64,000 bases of DNA from a bacterium. GTDB lineage: Bacteria > Electryoneota > JAOADG01. Location: positions 64,001 through 128,000 of the forward strand of contig OY820579.1 of NCBI GenBank assembly GCA_963681965.1, in the 5' to 3' direction. The position numbers and the translations under genes were made by a program. How positions within the stretch are numbered: position 1 is the first letter of the stretch; every line of letters starts with the position of its first letter. Below, piece after piece: positions 19,673 to 28,161 of the stretch. The notes beneath the pieces were generated by a model. It was not told the DNA's origin. It did no database searches and saw nothing but the letters and a program-made list of their open reading frames with translations.

Positions 19673-20190
19673 TCACACTCATCACTTCATACTATCGCTG
19701 GTAGAAAATCGGGGGTTTGATTTATTGAAGTCTCGATTCATTGAGTGGTTGTTTCATTCTCTTCCGGGAGGGAGTATTCATAAAAAATTAATTACTCTTC
19801 GGTGTAATTTTTCCGAGAGTCATTCGTGAGCGAAAATCACATAACTCTCCTCTCAAAAATATTCTTCGAGAGGAGAGAGTGTATAGAAGATTGTCTCCAA
19901 ACTCGAATCAAAAAAAAGTTGCAAATCGATCTCAATATCGACGGAAAATGCTCATAATTTTACATTTAGAGTTCAAGCAAAATTTTGTTGTGGGAGTAAT
20001 GTCAAATAAAGGAACACGGTTCAGCTCGGTTTTATTTTGAAAGTGCTCGAAAAAAGAGTATAATCCGGCGCGAATTTCAAAACGAACTTTTTAGGTCAAA
20101 TCGAGCCTTGGAAGCATCTAAATTTAACTCTATCCTCAAAACTCCAGAAGATTACTAAATAAAACTCGGTAATAAATTTGCTAGACGATC

Positions 20191-20769
20191 TTAGAACTGT
20201 AACGCACACATTCGAATCGGTAAACCGGTTTCCAGAATCCAATTACCGAGATGTTCAAACGTGACCGATTCCACCGGGATCATTTCCACTTGCGCGTGAC
20301 GAGTAAGACGATGAGTGCGGATGCGTTGTTTGGCATAATCGAACGATGCCTTGCTTTCGATGACAAACGCCATTTCATCATCTTCAGCTAATTCCGATAA
20401 TACTTGTTCGCTTGGTAATGCCGACGATTCCATGTTGGTTCGGGGTTTCGACCAAACGACGCGGCGATAGACACCATCGGGTAATCGACCCACCGAGATT
20501 GCACCTGAGGTAACGACGCGAACGCGATGTCCGGCTTCCATCAAGCAACTGCAAACCCCGGAGAGCGCGCCGTACGCCAACGGTTCGGCACCAAAGATTT
20601 CCACTGGTGCATCGGGCATACCACTGCATTCGACAGCAATTTCTTCCGCTTCCAGCACTTCGCCATGAGAAGTTGGATCGTCCGGTTCCGCCAATCGTAC
20701 TAGCCAGCCGGGAAATCCATGCCATCTTCCACCAGACAGAAATCCCAATGTTATCGACGCCACTCGCAT
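20191..20769 (-). CDS. QueE-like protein lacking the radical-SAM CxxxCxxC motif
   Basis: Collinear with QueE (GFPGWLVRL, VEIFGAEPL, VVTSG, DEMAFVI, WILE..LPIR), but the cysteine triad is replaced by AEPDDPTS. Confidence 0.65.
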   Translation of the reverse strand: MRVASITLGFLSGGRWHGFPGWLVRLAEPDDPTSHGEVLEAEEIAVECSGMPDAPVEIFGAEPLAYGALSGVCSCLMEAGHRVRVVTSGAISVGRLPDGVYRRVVWSKPRTNMESSALPSEQVLSELAEDDEMAFVIESKASFDYAKQRIRTHRLTRHAQVEMIPVESVTFEHLGNWILETGLPIRMCALQF

Positions 20770-20868
20770 AGAATCCCTCGCTCACAAATTCATTGACGAC
20801 AGTTCAAATGTATCGCTGTTTTACTCGAATCATTAGCAGAATATAAGCAGTTAACCGAGATTACTCTA

Positions 20869-20982
20869 TAGTGGTTCTTGAAAATAAGTTGTCATAATTC
20901 GGTGTCAGGCTTCGCCTGACCTGCGGGCGGACGCGGGGATCCGCCCCTACTACCGATAACAACTTATTTTCAAGAGATACTC
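20869..20982. repeat. Composite REP/MITE-like element, copy B
   Basis: Near-identical to 9940-10053. Confidence 0.9.
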
Positions 20983-21065
20983 TACGATACGAATGCGGAT
21001 TCGTACAACAGCACAGATCGGAGATCTGTGCTGGGAAATTGTACCGCATAATTATGAGCGAGCGA

Positions 21066-21662
21066 TTACTTCTTTGCGATCGGACCGATCGGGAGAACCA
21101 CCTTGCCATATACTTCATTCAGAACTTGCGCCATCGCACCGTAAATTGCCGAGAACCCGCAGAAGATTCCTTCTATTCCGGCAAAGGTTTTAATTGCACC
21201 GTTCTCGGTGATATCGCCAAGCGCCAACAAGAAAAACAACAATGCCAGCGATGCAAAGACTACCTGCAGCATCCGATTCAAGCGGAGAGTTCCGATAAAC
21301 ATGAATGAAGTAAATACGCCCCAGAGCGCCAAATAGGCAGCCATCTCGATATTATTCGAGGCGGCAGTCCAGCCCAATTTCGGCATCACCAATAATCCGA
21401 CCAGCGACAACCAAAATAATCCGTAGGCAGTGAATGCGGTCGTGCCAAAAGTATTTCCTTTTTTCCATTCCATGATTCCGGCAAAGATCTGTGCCATGCC
21501 ACCAATAAATATTCCCATCGCGAGGATCATTCCGCCGAGACCATAGGCACCGGCGTTGTGAAGATTGAGTAACACAGTGGTCATTCCAAATCCAAGCAGC
21601 CCAAGCGGCGCAGGATTGGAAGTCGTATCGATAATTTTCATGGCATTGTCGGGGGATGACAT
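21066..21662 (-). CDS. satP: GPR1/FUN34/YaaH family acetate/succinate uptake transporter
   Basis: [14 protein letters not shown] signature, [13 protein letters not shown]; RBS AAGGAG. Confidence 0.93.
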   Translation of the reverse strand: MSSPDNAMKIIDTTSNPAPLGLLGFGMTTVLLNLHNAGAYGLGGMILAMGIFIGGMAQIFAGIMEWKKGNTFGTTAFTAYGLFWLSLVGLLVMPKLGWTAASNNIEMAAYLALWGVFTSFMFIGTLRLNRMLQVVFASLALLFFLLALGDITENGAIKTFAGIEGIFCGFSAIYGAMAQVLNEVYGKVVLPIGPIAKK

Positions 21663-21785
21663 TTGCGCTCCTTTGTTAATGATTCGGGGTATCTTCCGAT
21701 ACCCTTTCCGATGAATAATTGTGAAAAAAAGGACTAGAGTTTGTCGAATCTGGAACTAATCAACACTGAATTCAAGCTTCTCTGA

Positions 21786-21920
21786 ACATGTACAGACAAG
21801 AGTGTCAGTACCTACGATAACAACATGTACAGACAGGAGTGTCTGTACCTACAAATACCTACGGGTTGACACGGGGGTCCGCCCCTACTACCGGTAACAA
21901 CTTACTTACAAGAGATACCA
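21786..21920. repeat. Partial composite element, copy C (two type-2 REPs, one type-1 REP, right end)
   Basis: GTACAGACA(A/G)GAGTGTC(A/T)GTACCTAC twice, then GACACGGGGGTCCGCCCCTAC and TAACAACTTACTTACAAGAGATAC. Confidence 0.8.
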
Positions 21921-21929
21921 AAGAATTAT

Positions 21930-22481
21930 TTACAGTCTGTTCCGGATTGGATCCGGAATGATCGACATCGGTTTTGCTTGTTGAATGGCATTGTATAATT
22001 CTTGTGCATTTTCCGATCCGAGGAAAAGATGCTCACCGATGGTCAATTTAATCAACACCCCATTATGCTTCGAGAACGGCGAACCAATTCGTCCAAGATG
22101 ATGTCGAACCCGCCACCATCGCGCATCGAAGACCGATCGCAGCGAGGTCATTTCGAAGCTTTCGACAATCTCAAACGGGATCGTATCCCAGCGTCGGGGA
22201 CGATGTCGCCATTGATAATAGATCGCTCGATTAGTAACAATCAAAGCACATTTCAAGCGGGTGGCAGCAGTGATTGCTACGATGAAAATACCTATAGCAA
22301 ATATCGATCCAGTTTCTGGTACCGAGCGATATTCGGGTGCTTGCTGCAAGAACATCCATAACCACATTACTACCACCGAACCGGGTACGACTGCGATTAT
22401 CAACAAGATTGCCCAAGTCGGGCTGCGATAGCTTTCGCGATAGACGATTTGTTCCGATAGATCGAGTCGCGGTTGTCTCAT
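21930..22481 (-). CDS. DUF6141-like membrane protein with bacterial PH-like domain (divergent paralogue)
   Basis: Two TM helices; YRESYRSP, GVLIKL..GEHLFLGS similar to its two neighbours. Confidence 0.65.
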   Translation of the reverse strand: MRQPRLDLSEQIVYRESYRSPTWAILLIIAVVPGSVVVMWLWMFLQQAPEYRSVPETGSIFAIGIFIVAITAATRLKCALIVTNRAIYYQWRHRPRRWDTIPFEIVESFEMTSLRSVFDARWWRVRHHLGRIGSPFSKHNGVLIKLTIGEHLFLGSENAQELYNAIQQAKPMSIIPDPIRNRL

Positions 22482-23017
22482 TCACTCGCGCCTGCAACCA
22501 TCCTCATGCGAATCACCGCTTCAAGATCGTTCATGTGCTGCGACCCCAATAGGATCGTCTTCCCCGATTTCAGTGTCAGTAGTACGCCTTCGCTACCGGA
22601 AACATTGAATGCGCGATCCTTGTTGCTGAATCGGCGATAACGAATACCCCACCCACCGTATTCGGCAAACGGTCGGTAATGCCGTGCTTCAGCCGATTCG
22701 ATCTCGGAATATGGAACGTTCTGCCAGCGGAAATGAAAAGGATAGTACCGGTATTGGATTCCGGTATCCTTCACCTGGATCACTAATTTACTCAGACTGA
22801 AAATCACGGGAACCGGAACAGTAATTACGATTACAAAGAGCCAATCCCACAGCGTGTTACCGGAATTGCTCAATCCCAATTCCGCTTCCGTCGTCAACAT
22901 GTAAGCAAACGATGCAAACACGAATACCGGAATTCCAATCACCAGCATCCACGCCCACCATTGAGTTGGATGTTGGGTTTCATGATAATGAACAGTTTCG
23001 CTATTGTTCGATGACAT
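22478..23017 (-). CDS. DUF6141-like membrane protein
   Basis: YHETQ, two TM helices, YRPFAEYGGWGIRY, AFNVSGSEGV, ILLGSQ. Confidence 0.75.
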   Translation of the reverse strand: MSSNNSETVHYHETQHPTQWWAWMLVIGIPVFVFASFAYMLTTEAELGLSNSGNTLWDWLFVIVITVPVPVIFSLSKLVIQVKDTGIQYRYYPFHFRWQNVPYSEIESAEARHYRPFAEYGGWGIRYRRFSNKDRAFNVSGSEGVLLTLKSGKTILLGSQHMNDLEAVIRMRMVAGASE

Positions 23018-23029
23018 TGTTTGACAGCC

Positions 23030-23578
23030 TCAATTAAATGGTACTTTCGCAACGGGAATATTGCTACGAAGTGCCATTTCCAATTCCAGCATTTTTCTCG
23101 AACCAAAGAGAACATTACTTCCATTTTTTAGAGCCAGAAACACCCCTTCGTTACCCGAGACATTGTATGCCTTCCCTTTCGCACCGTAGCGAATTCCCCA
23201 TCCACCGTAGTCAAGGATCGGTCGATAGGTTGTTGCAGTCGCAGTTTTGATTTGATCGAATCCAATAAACTGCCAGCGGAAATGAAGCGGGACAAAACGA
23301 TAGTAGAGACCGTCGGCATGCACTTCCACGATAAGTTTCATGCGCGTCATCAGATATGGCAAACCAAGTCCGATCACGATAAACATGGTGACATCGAGCC
23401 AGAGTGGAGACGGTTCGCTTCCGACGTGCCCAAAGGGTTGTTGCAGAACGAATCGAACATACGCTCCGTAGAGCATAATTCCGGAAGGAATGAGCAGAAT
23501 GAGGATCAACCACCACTGCTGGAAGCCTTGTACTTCGCGAAATTGCGGTGGCGATACCGGTCTATTGCTAGCTGCCAT
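23030..23578 (-). CDS. DUF6141-like membrane protein
   Basis: FREVQGF, two TM helices, YRPILDYGGWGIRYG, AYNVSGNEGV. RBS AAGGA precedes ATG 23578. Confidence 0.75.
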   Translation of the reverse strand: MAASNRPVSPPQFREVQGFQQWWLILILLIPSGIMLYGAYVRFVLQQPFGHVGSEPSPLWLDVTMFIVIGLGLPYLMTRMKLIVEVHADGLYYRFVPLHFRWQFIGFDQIKTATATTYRPILDYGGWGIRYGAKGKAYNVSGNEGVFLALKNGSNVLFGSRKMLELEMALRSNIPVAKVPFN

Positions 23579-23668
23579 GAGTTGTTTGTCCTTGAAGATC
23601 GGAATTGGGCGGGATTGATTACCCGCCCAAGCCAATTTCGTCAAGTCGATTGTATCGTAGTTAGACGA

Positions 23669-24790
23669 TTAAATATGATCGGCAATCGCCTGTCCCATTT
23701 CAGTAGTTGTATTCGAACCGCCCATATCGTAGGTGCGCACTTTACCTTCTTTAATCACAGCCGCAGTGGCTCGTTCGACCTCACGTGCGAGTTCCGGTTC
23801 GTCCAATTTATCGAGCATCATTTTCGCGGACAAAATGGTTGCAATTGGATTGACTTTGTACATTCCGGCATATTTTGGTGCGGAACCGTGCGACGGTTCG
23901 AACACTCCAAGTCGATCGCCGATATTGCCACTGCAACCGAAACCGAGACCGCCAACAAGTTGCGCACATAGATCGGAAATAATATCGCCGAATAGATTCG
24001 GTGCAATCAGTACATCGTAGCTATGCGGATTCTTGATTAACCACATGGTCATGGCATCGACGTTCGCTTCATCGAAAATAATTTCCGGATATTCGCGGGC
24101 AACATCCTTGGCGATATCCAGAAACAGACCATCGGTGGCGCGTACGACGTTTGCCTTGTGTACGATCGTTACTTTTCGGCGACCATGTCGACGGGCAAAC
24201 TCGAAACCGGCGCGAATGATCCGTTCACTGCCATGTCGCGTGTTAATTTTACATGAAATGGCAAATTCATTGCCATTCAACTTGCTGAAGTGGCTGAATG
24301 GTTTGGACAATTTAGTCAGAACTGCTTTTAGTTCGTCGGGAACCGGATTGAATTCTACTCCGCAATACATATCTTCGGTGTTCTCGCGGAACATCACGAT
24401 ATCGATCCCCTCTTTGAAATTGAGCGGGTTGCCGGGATAGGCTTTGCAGGGACGCAGGCAATTGTACAGGTCGAAGCGTTGACGCATGCGTACGATCGGC
24501 GAGCGGTAAATGAGCCCCTTTCCCTGCAATTCGGGAATCAGTTCTTTTTCAGCGATTTTTGCGGGTTTCGAGGTGATTGCACCAAACATAGCGCTATCGA
24601 CCGATTCCAGCATATCGATCGTTCGCTTCGGCAACGCATCGCCTTCCTTGCACCAATAATCCCAACCAATATCACCGTGAATATAATCGGCTTTGAAATC
24701 TAATTTATCGAGCACGATTCTGGTTGCTTCCAGAACTTCACCACCCACGCCATCCCCTGGCATCCAACCGATTCGGTATTTCTTGGTCAC
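23669..24790 (-). CDS. Isocitrate/isopropylmalate (beta-decarboxylating) dehydrogenase family protein
   Basis: MPGDGVGGEV, RENTEDMY, HKANV, NLFGDIISDL, FEPSHGSAP, TYDMGG; GTG start at 24790. Substrate cannot be assigned. Confidence 0.92.
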   Translation of the reverse strand: MTKKYRIGWMPGDGVGGEVLEATRIVLDKLDFKADYIHGDIGWDYWCKEGDALPKRTIDMLESVDSAMFGAITSKPAKIAEKELIPELQGKGLIYRSPIVRMRQRFDLYNCLRPCKAYPGNPLNFKEGIDIVMFRENTEDMYCGVEFNPVPDELKAVLTKLSKPFSHFSKLNGNEFAISCKINTRHGSERIIRAGFEFARRHGRRKVTIVHKANVVRATDGLFLDIAKDVAREYPEIIFDEANVDAMTMWLIKNPHSYDVLIAPNLFGDIISDLCAQLVGGLGFGCSGNIGDRLGVFEPSHGSAPKYAGMYKVNPIATILSAKMMLDKLDEPELAREVERATAAVIKEGKVRTYDMGGSNTTTEMGQAIADHI

Positions 24791-25121
24791 GGTATTCCCT
24801 TTCGATCTAGATTCAACTATTCGACCGGACGTATCGACGTTCCAATCGCAAAATTCAGGTACAATTCGAGCTGCAATCAAAGTCGCTTAGCTACAGAAAT
24901 TGCAGCTTCCATAAGCAATAAAGATAAGCAATTCGAAAGCATACTTCCAGAAATATCGAGAGTACCGCGTATAATGCGTTTATATTCAACATATATCATC
25001 AAAAATAGAAATGGATGATTGTACACAATTTTAATCAAACCTGTTGCGATTCCCTTCCATCAAAACATACATTTCGGTGTAGTTTTTTCACTGTCTCGTC
25101 AAACTATCGAAGGAGAAGATT

Positions 25122-25232
25122 ATGGCTTGCTGCAAGAAACCCGCAGGCGAAGCACCCGCAAAAAAAGAAGCACCGAAGAAGGAAGTCAAAGCTGCCGCCA
25201 AACCGAAAGCACCTGCTAAGAAAGCGAAGTAA
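25122..25232 (+). CDS. 36-aa Lys/Ala/Pro-rich histone-H1-like peptide (not in ORF track)
   Basis: MACCKKPAGEAPAKKEAPKKEVKAAAKPKAPAKKAK*; strong RBS AAGGAG at 25110-25115; terminator downstream. Confidence 0.8.
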   Translation: MACCKKPAGEAPAKKEAPKKEVKAAAKPKAPAKKAK

Positions 25233-25292
25233 TTTGTTTTCATTGCCGGATTGAACGGATTTTGGTTCACCCATTCAGTTTCGATAATAAGT

Positions 25293-25319
25293 AAAGGAGC
25301 AGATAAATCTGCTCCTTTT
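25293..25319. terminator. Bidirectional terminator
   Basis: AAAGGAGCAGA-TAAA-TCTGCTCCTTTT between convergent genes. Confidence 0.8.
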
Positions 25320-25344
25320 GCTTTCAAAAGATATCTGATGAGAC

Positions 25345-25866
25345 CTATGCACCCCAAAGTGTACCGGTATTGACCGGTTTCCCCATCAATTTCAAGTAAT
25401 AGAACAGTTGTCCTTTATGCTGGGAAAGATGCATATCCATCTGAAGCAATCTCTGACCGAGGCAGATGTCCATGTTGTCCCAAGGGGCTTTGGCGATCTC
25501 GGTATCGAGGCGTTCTTCCGAGCATTGATCGAGCATTTCGAATGCCAATTTCCGATCCTGCTTCAACATCCTTTTCGCTTCGGCAACCGAACCTACTGCT
25601 TTCATCTTCTCCGCCGGCGTCATCATTTCATCCGGTGGTTTGCTCGGATCATAATCTGCCGGTAAACCCCAATCGCCGGTGACAAAACCGCGACAGCAGG
25701 CGCCATTCGCTTCGGTGATGTGATACAGCAATTGACCCACTGTCATCCAATTAGAACCGGTCGATGGTTTCCAATTCAATTCAGAATCGTCAACTAGATC
25801 GAACAAATTGTTCGTTACAGCGTAATTGTAATGAAAAGCACCTGATAGCAACTTCTTCCATTCCAT
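25345..25866 (-). CDS. DinB/DUF664 family protein
   Basis: MTVGQLLYHI and HLSQHKGQLFYYLKLMG metal-binding His motifs. Confidence 0.85.
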   Translation of the reverse strand: MEWKKLLSGAFHYNYAVTNNLFDLVDDSELNWKPSTGSNWMTVGQLLYHITEANGACCRGFVTGDWGLPADYDPSKPPDEMMTPAEKMKAVGSVAEAKRMLKQDRKLAFEMLDQCSEERLDTEIAKAPWDNMDICLGQRLLQMDMHLSQHKGQLFYYLKLMGKPVNTGTLWGA

Positions 25867-25911
25867 CTTTAACCTCTTTCCATTGATAAATACTAGATCG
25901 ATATAACAAAA

Positions 25912-25934
25912 CAGAGGTAGATTTTCTACCTCTG
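25912..25934 (-). terminator. Terminator after aspA-like gene
   Basis: Minus strand CAGAGGTAG-AAAAT-CTACCTCTG followed by TTTTGTT. Confidence 0.7.
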
Positions 25935-25949
25935 CTCAGAACATAACAA

Positions 25950-27377
25950 CTATTTTTTGGCGACACCCGGCTCGGTCATCGCACGAATCGCTTCGGGCGA
26001 CAATATCCGATCGATCTCCTCTTCGGACAGGAAATCTTTTTCGATGACGATATCGCGAATTGACCGACCTGACTTTCCCCATTCTTTGACGACTTCGGCT
26101 GCCTTCAAGTATCCAATTACCGGATTAAGTGCAGTTGCTACCTGTGCATTACGTTCTAAATAGCTACGGCACTTCGATTCGTCGGCAGTAATTCCCTTAA
26201 CGCATTTCTCGGCAAGGTGCTTGGATGCAGTCCGAAGAATAGTCAATTCCCAGAACAAATTCAATGCGATAACCGGCATCATGACATTCAATTGGAACTG
26301 TCCGGCGCCGCTGGCAAGAGCGATCGTATTGTCGAATCCCATCACCTGATAACAGACCATATTCGTCATTTCAGGGATCACGGGATTGACTTTTCCGGGC
26401 ATAATCGAAGATCCGGGTTGCAATTCGGGAAGACGAATTTCCGCGATACCGGTGGTGGGACCACTAGATAACAAGCGGAGATCGTTGGAAATCCGCCCCA
26501 TTTCAATCGCCAATTCTCGACACGCACTCGATAATTCAACAACCGGACCCATCGACGACATCGCTTCGAAGTAATCGGTCGCCGGTACTAGCGGGAATTT
26601 GGTAATTTCTCCCAAGACTTTTGCCACGCGAGTGCGATACTCGGGATGGGTATTCAATCCAGTTCCGGCAGCACTACCACCGAGACCGATCTCATATAGC
26701 GATTTTTTCGCTTCGAAGACGCGCTTGTGCGATTTTTGAATGGCATGCGCCATTCCACCGAACTCCTGACCTAAGCGGATCGGCACGGCATCCTGCAGGT
26801 GGGTACGAGCACTCTTAATGATATGATCGAACCATTTAGCTTTACCGGTGAGTTCTTCTTCAAGCAATTTGACCGACGCAATCAGCGCACGAGCGCCGCG
26901 GAGCCCACCCAGTCGAATCGCAGTCGGAATAACATCGTTGGTCGACTGACCAAAATTGACGTGATTGTTCGGCGATAGATAACTTTCGTCGCCTTTCTCT
27001 CGTCCTAAAATTTCCAAAGCACGATTGGCAATCACTTCGTTCGCATTCATGTGATGCGACGTACCGGCGCCTGCCTGATAGGGATCGACGACGAATTGAT
27101 CCTGAAATTTGCCATCCATGATTTCTTGCGATGCTTGCATAATGGCATGTGCTCGCTCGGAATCGAGCATTCCCAATTCCATATTTACCTGTGCGGCAGC
27201 GCGTTTAATCGCAGCCAGCGACCAAATAAAGTAAGGGTGAGGATGTAAACCGGAAATCTGGAAATTCTGAACTGCGCGGATGGTTTGAACCCCATAATAC
27301 ACTTTATTGGGGATGTGCATTGGTCCGAAACTGTCGCGTTCGATTCGATAACCGGGTTTCGGTTCCAACTCGTTCAT
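25950..27377 (-). CDS. aspA: Aspartate ammonia-lyase (class II fumarase/aspartase superfamily)
   Basis: QAGAGTSHHMNANE, QSTND, RTHLQDAVP, GSSIMPGKVNP. The GAGTS motif favours AspA over FumC. Confidence 0.75.
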   Translation of the reverse strand: MNELEPKPGYRIERDSFGPMHIPNKVYYGVQTIRAVQNFQISGLHPHPYFIWSLAAIKRAAAQVNMELGMLDSERAHAIMQASQEIMDGKFQDQFVVDPYQAGAGTSHHMNANEVIANRALEILGREKGDESYLSPNNHVNFGQSTNDVIPTAIRLGGLRGARALIASVKLLEEELTGKAKWFDHIIKSARTHLQDAVPIRLGQEFGGMAHAIQKSHKRVFEAKKSLYEIGLGGSAAGTGLNTHPEYRTRVAKVLGEITKFPLVPATDYFEAMSSMGPVVELSSACRELAIEMGRISNDLRLLSSGPTTGIAEIRLPELQPGSSIMPGKVNPVIPEMTNMVCYQVMGFDNTIALASGAGQFQLNVMMPVIALNLFWELTILRTASKHLAEKCVKGITADESKCRSYLERNAQVATALNPVIGYLKAAEVVKEWGKSGRSIRDIVIEKDFLSEEEIDRILSPEAIRAMTEPGVAKK

Positions 27378-27693
27378 AGTAGTTCTCCAATCCTATTCTG
27401 TTTAGTGCAGATTGATGTGATTCAAAATAAAAATCACTCACACCGATCAATAGCCTTTAAGATTAGTGATACGATGAAGCCTAGTCAAGCTTGTACCGAT
27501 AAATCTGTCGCAATAGGCATTTTGTGATCTTTTCCACAAACAAATTCTTTAATTTTTTAGATCGGATTGTGGACACTTTTGGATCGCAACAAAATTCACA
27601 TTCATTTTTCCAAATTCCGACTCACACAATCGAAACGTCGTCGATTGGTTGATATTGTGAAATTATTAAGTCGATTAATTCTGATGAACTGCG

Positions 27694-28035
27694 TCACGGT
27701 GTAACGATTTCGTAGCCTTGTCGAAACCAAGCAATAATCCCATTTTGCAGCGACGACACGTTCGTATAGCCCATTTGTATCAGTTTTGCAGCACAACTAG
27801 CCGATCTGGCACCGGAATGACAGTAGACAACAATTTCTTGCGATAGGTCGGGGCATACTGTTCCAATTTGCTCACGGAGATTTCGCATCGGTAGTAAAAT
27901 TGCACCCTTTATAATGCCATCAGCGTGTTCTTCTCGCTCCCGGACATCGATCAATTTGGGTGGATGATCAGTTCGGGTTTTGCCGTGGAGTGTAACCGCA
28001 TCGATTTCCGGTACGGTATTTCGTCGAAAAAACAT
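27694..28035 (-). CDS. Single-domain rhodanese
   Basis: LIDVRE, VVYCHSGARS, LQNGIIAW. Confidence 0.9.
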   Translation of the reverse strand: MFFRRNTVPEIDAVTLHGKTRTDHPPKLIDVREREEHADGIIKGAILLPMRNLREQIGTVCPDLSQEIVVYCHSGARSASCAAKLIQMGYTNVSSLQNGIIAWFRQGYEIVTP

Positions 28036-28161
28036 TGATCCCTCTGATGAATTGGCGCTTGTATGTTCGAATTCGATGGTTCAAAAACTCTACTAACCAT
28101 AGTCATTTAACCAGCAACATCGGATTGAGTTGCATTAGTCTTTCGAATTCATAATCTTGGA

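Noticed and set aside
19582-20190. Cobalamin riboswitch upstream of btuF-like/nrdJ
   Set aside because: No recognisable GGGAA / GCCACTG B12-box elements, and the promoter lies close to the gene start.
20861-21118. Short ORFs overlapping repeat copies (also 44108-44422, 44188-44379, 55623-55850)
   Set aside because: They are translations of the repeat element (VGADPRVRPQV) with no RBS or family features.
23669-24790. Specific call leuB / icd / homoisocitrate dehydrogenase
   Set aside because: Substrate cannot be resolved from motifs by eye and no pathway genes are adjacent.
27522-27600. oriC / DnaA-box cluster
   Set aside because: Only one consensus box (TTTTCCACA) and no replication genes nearby.
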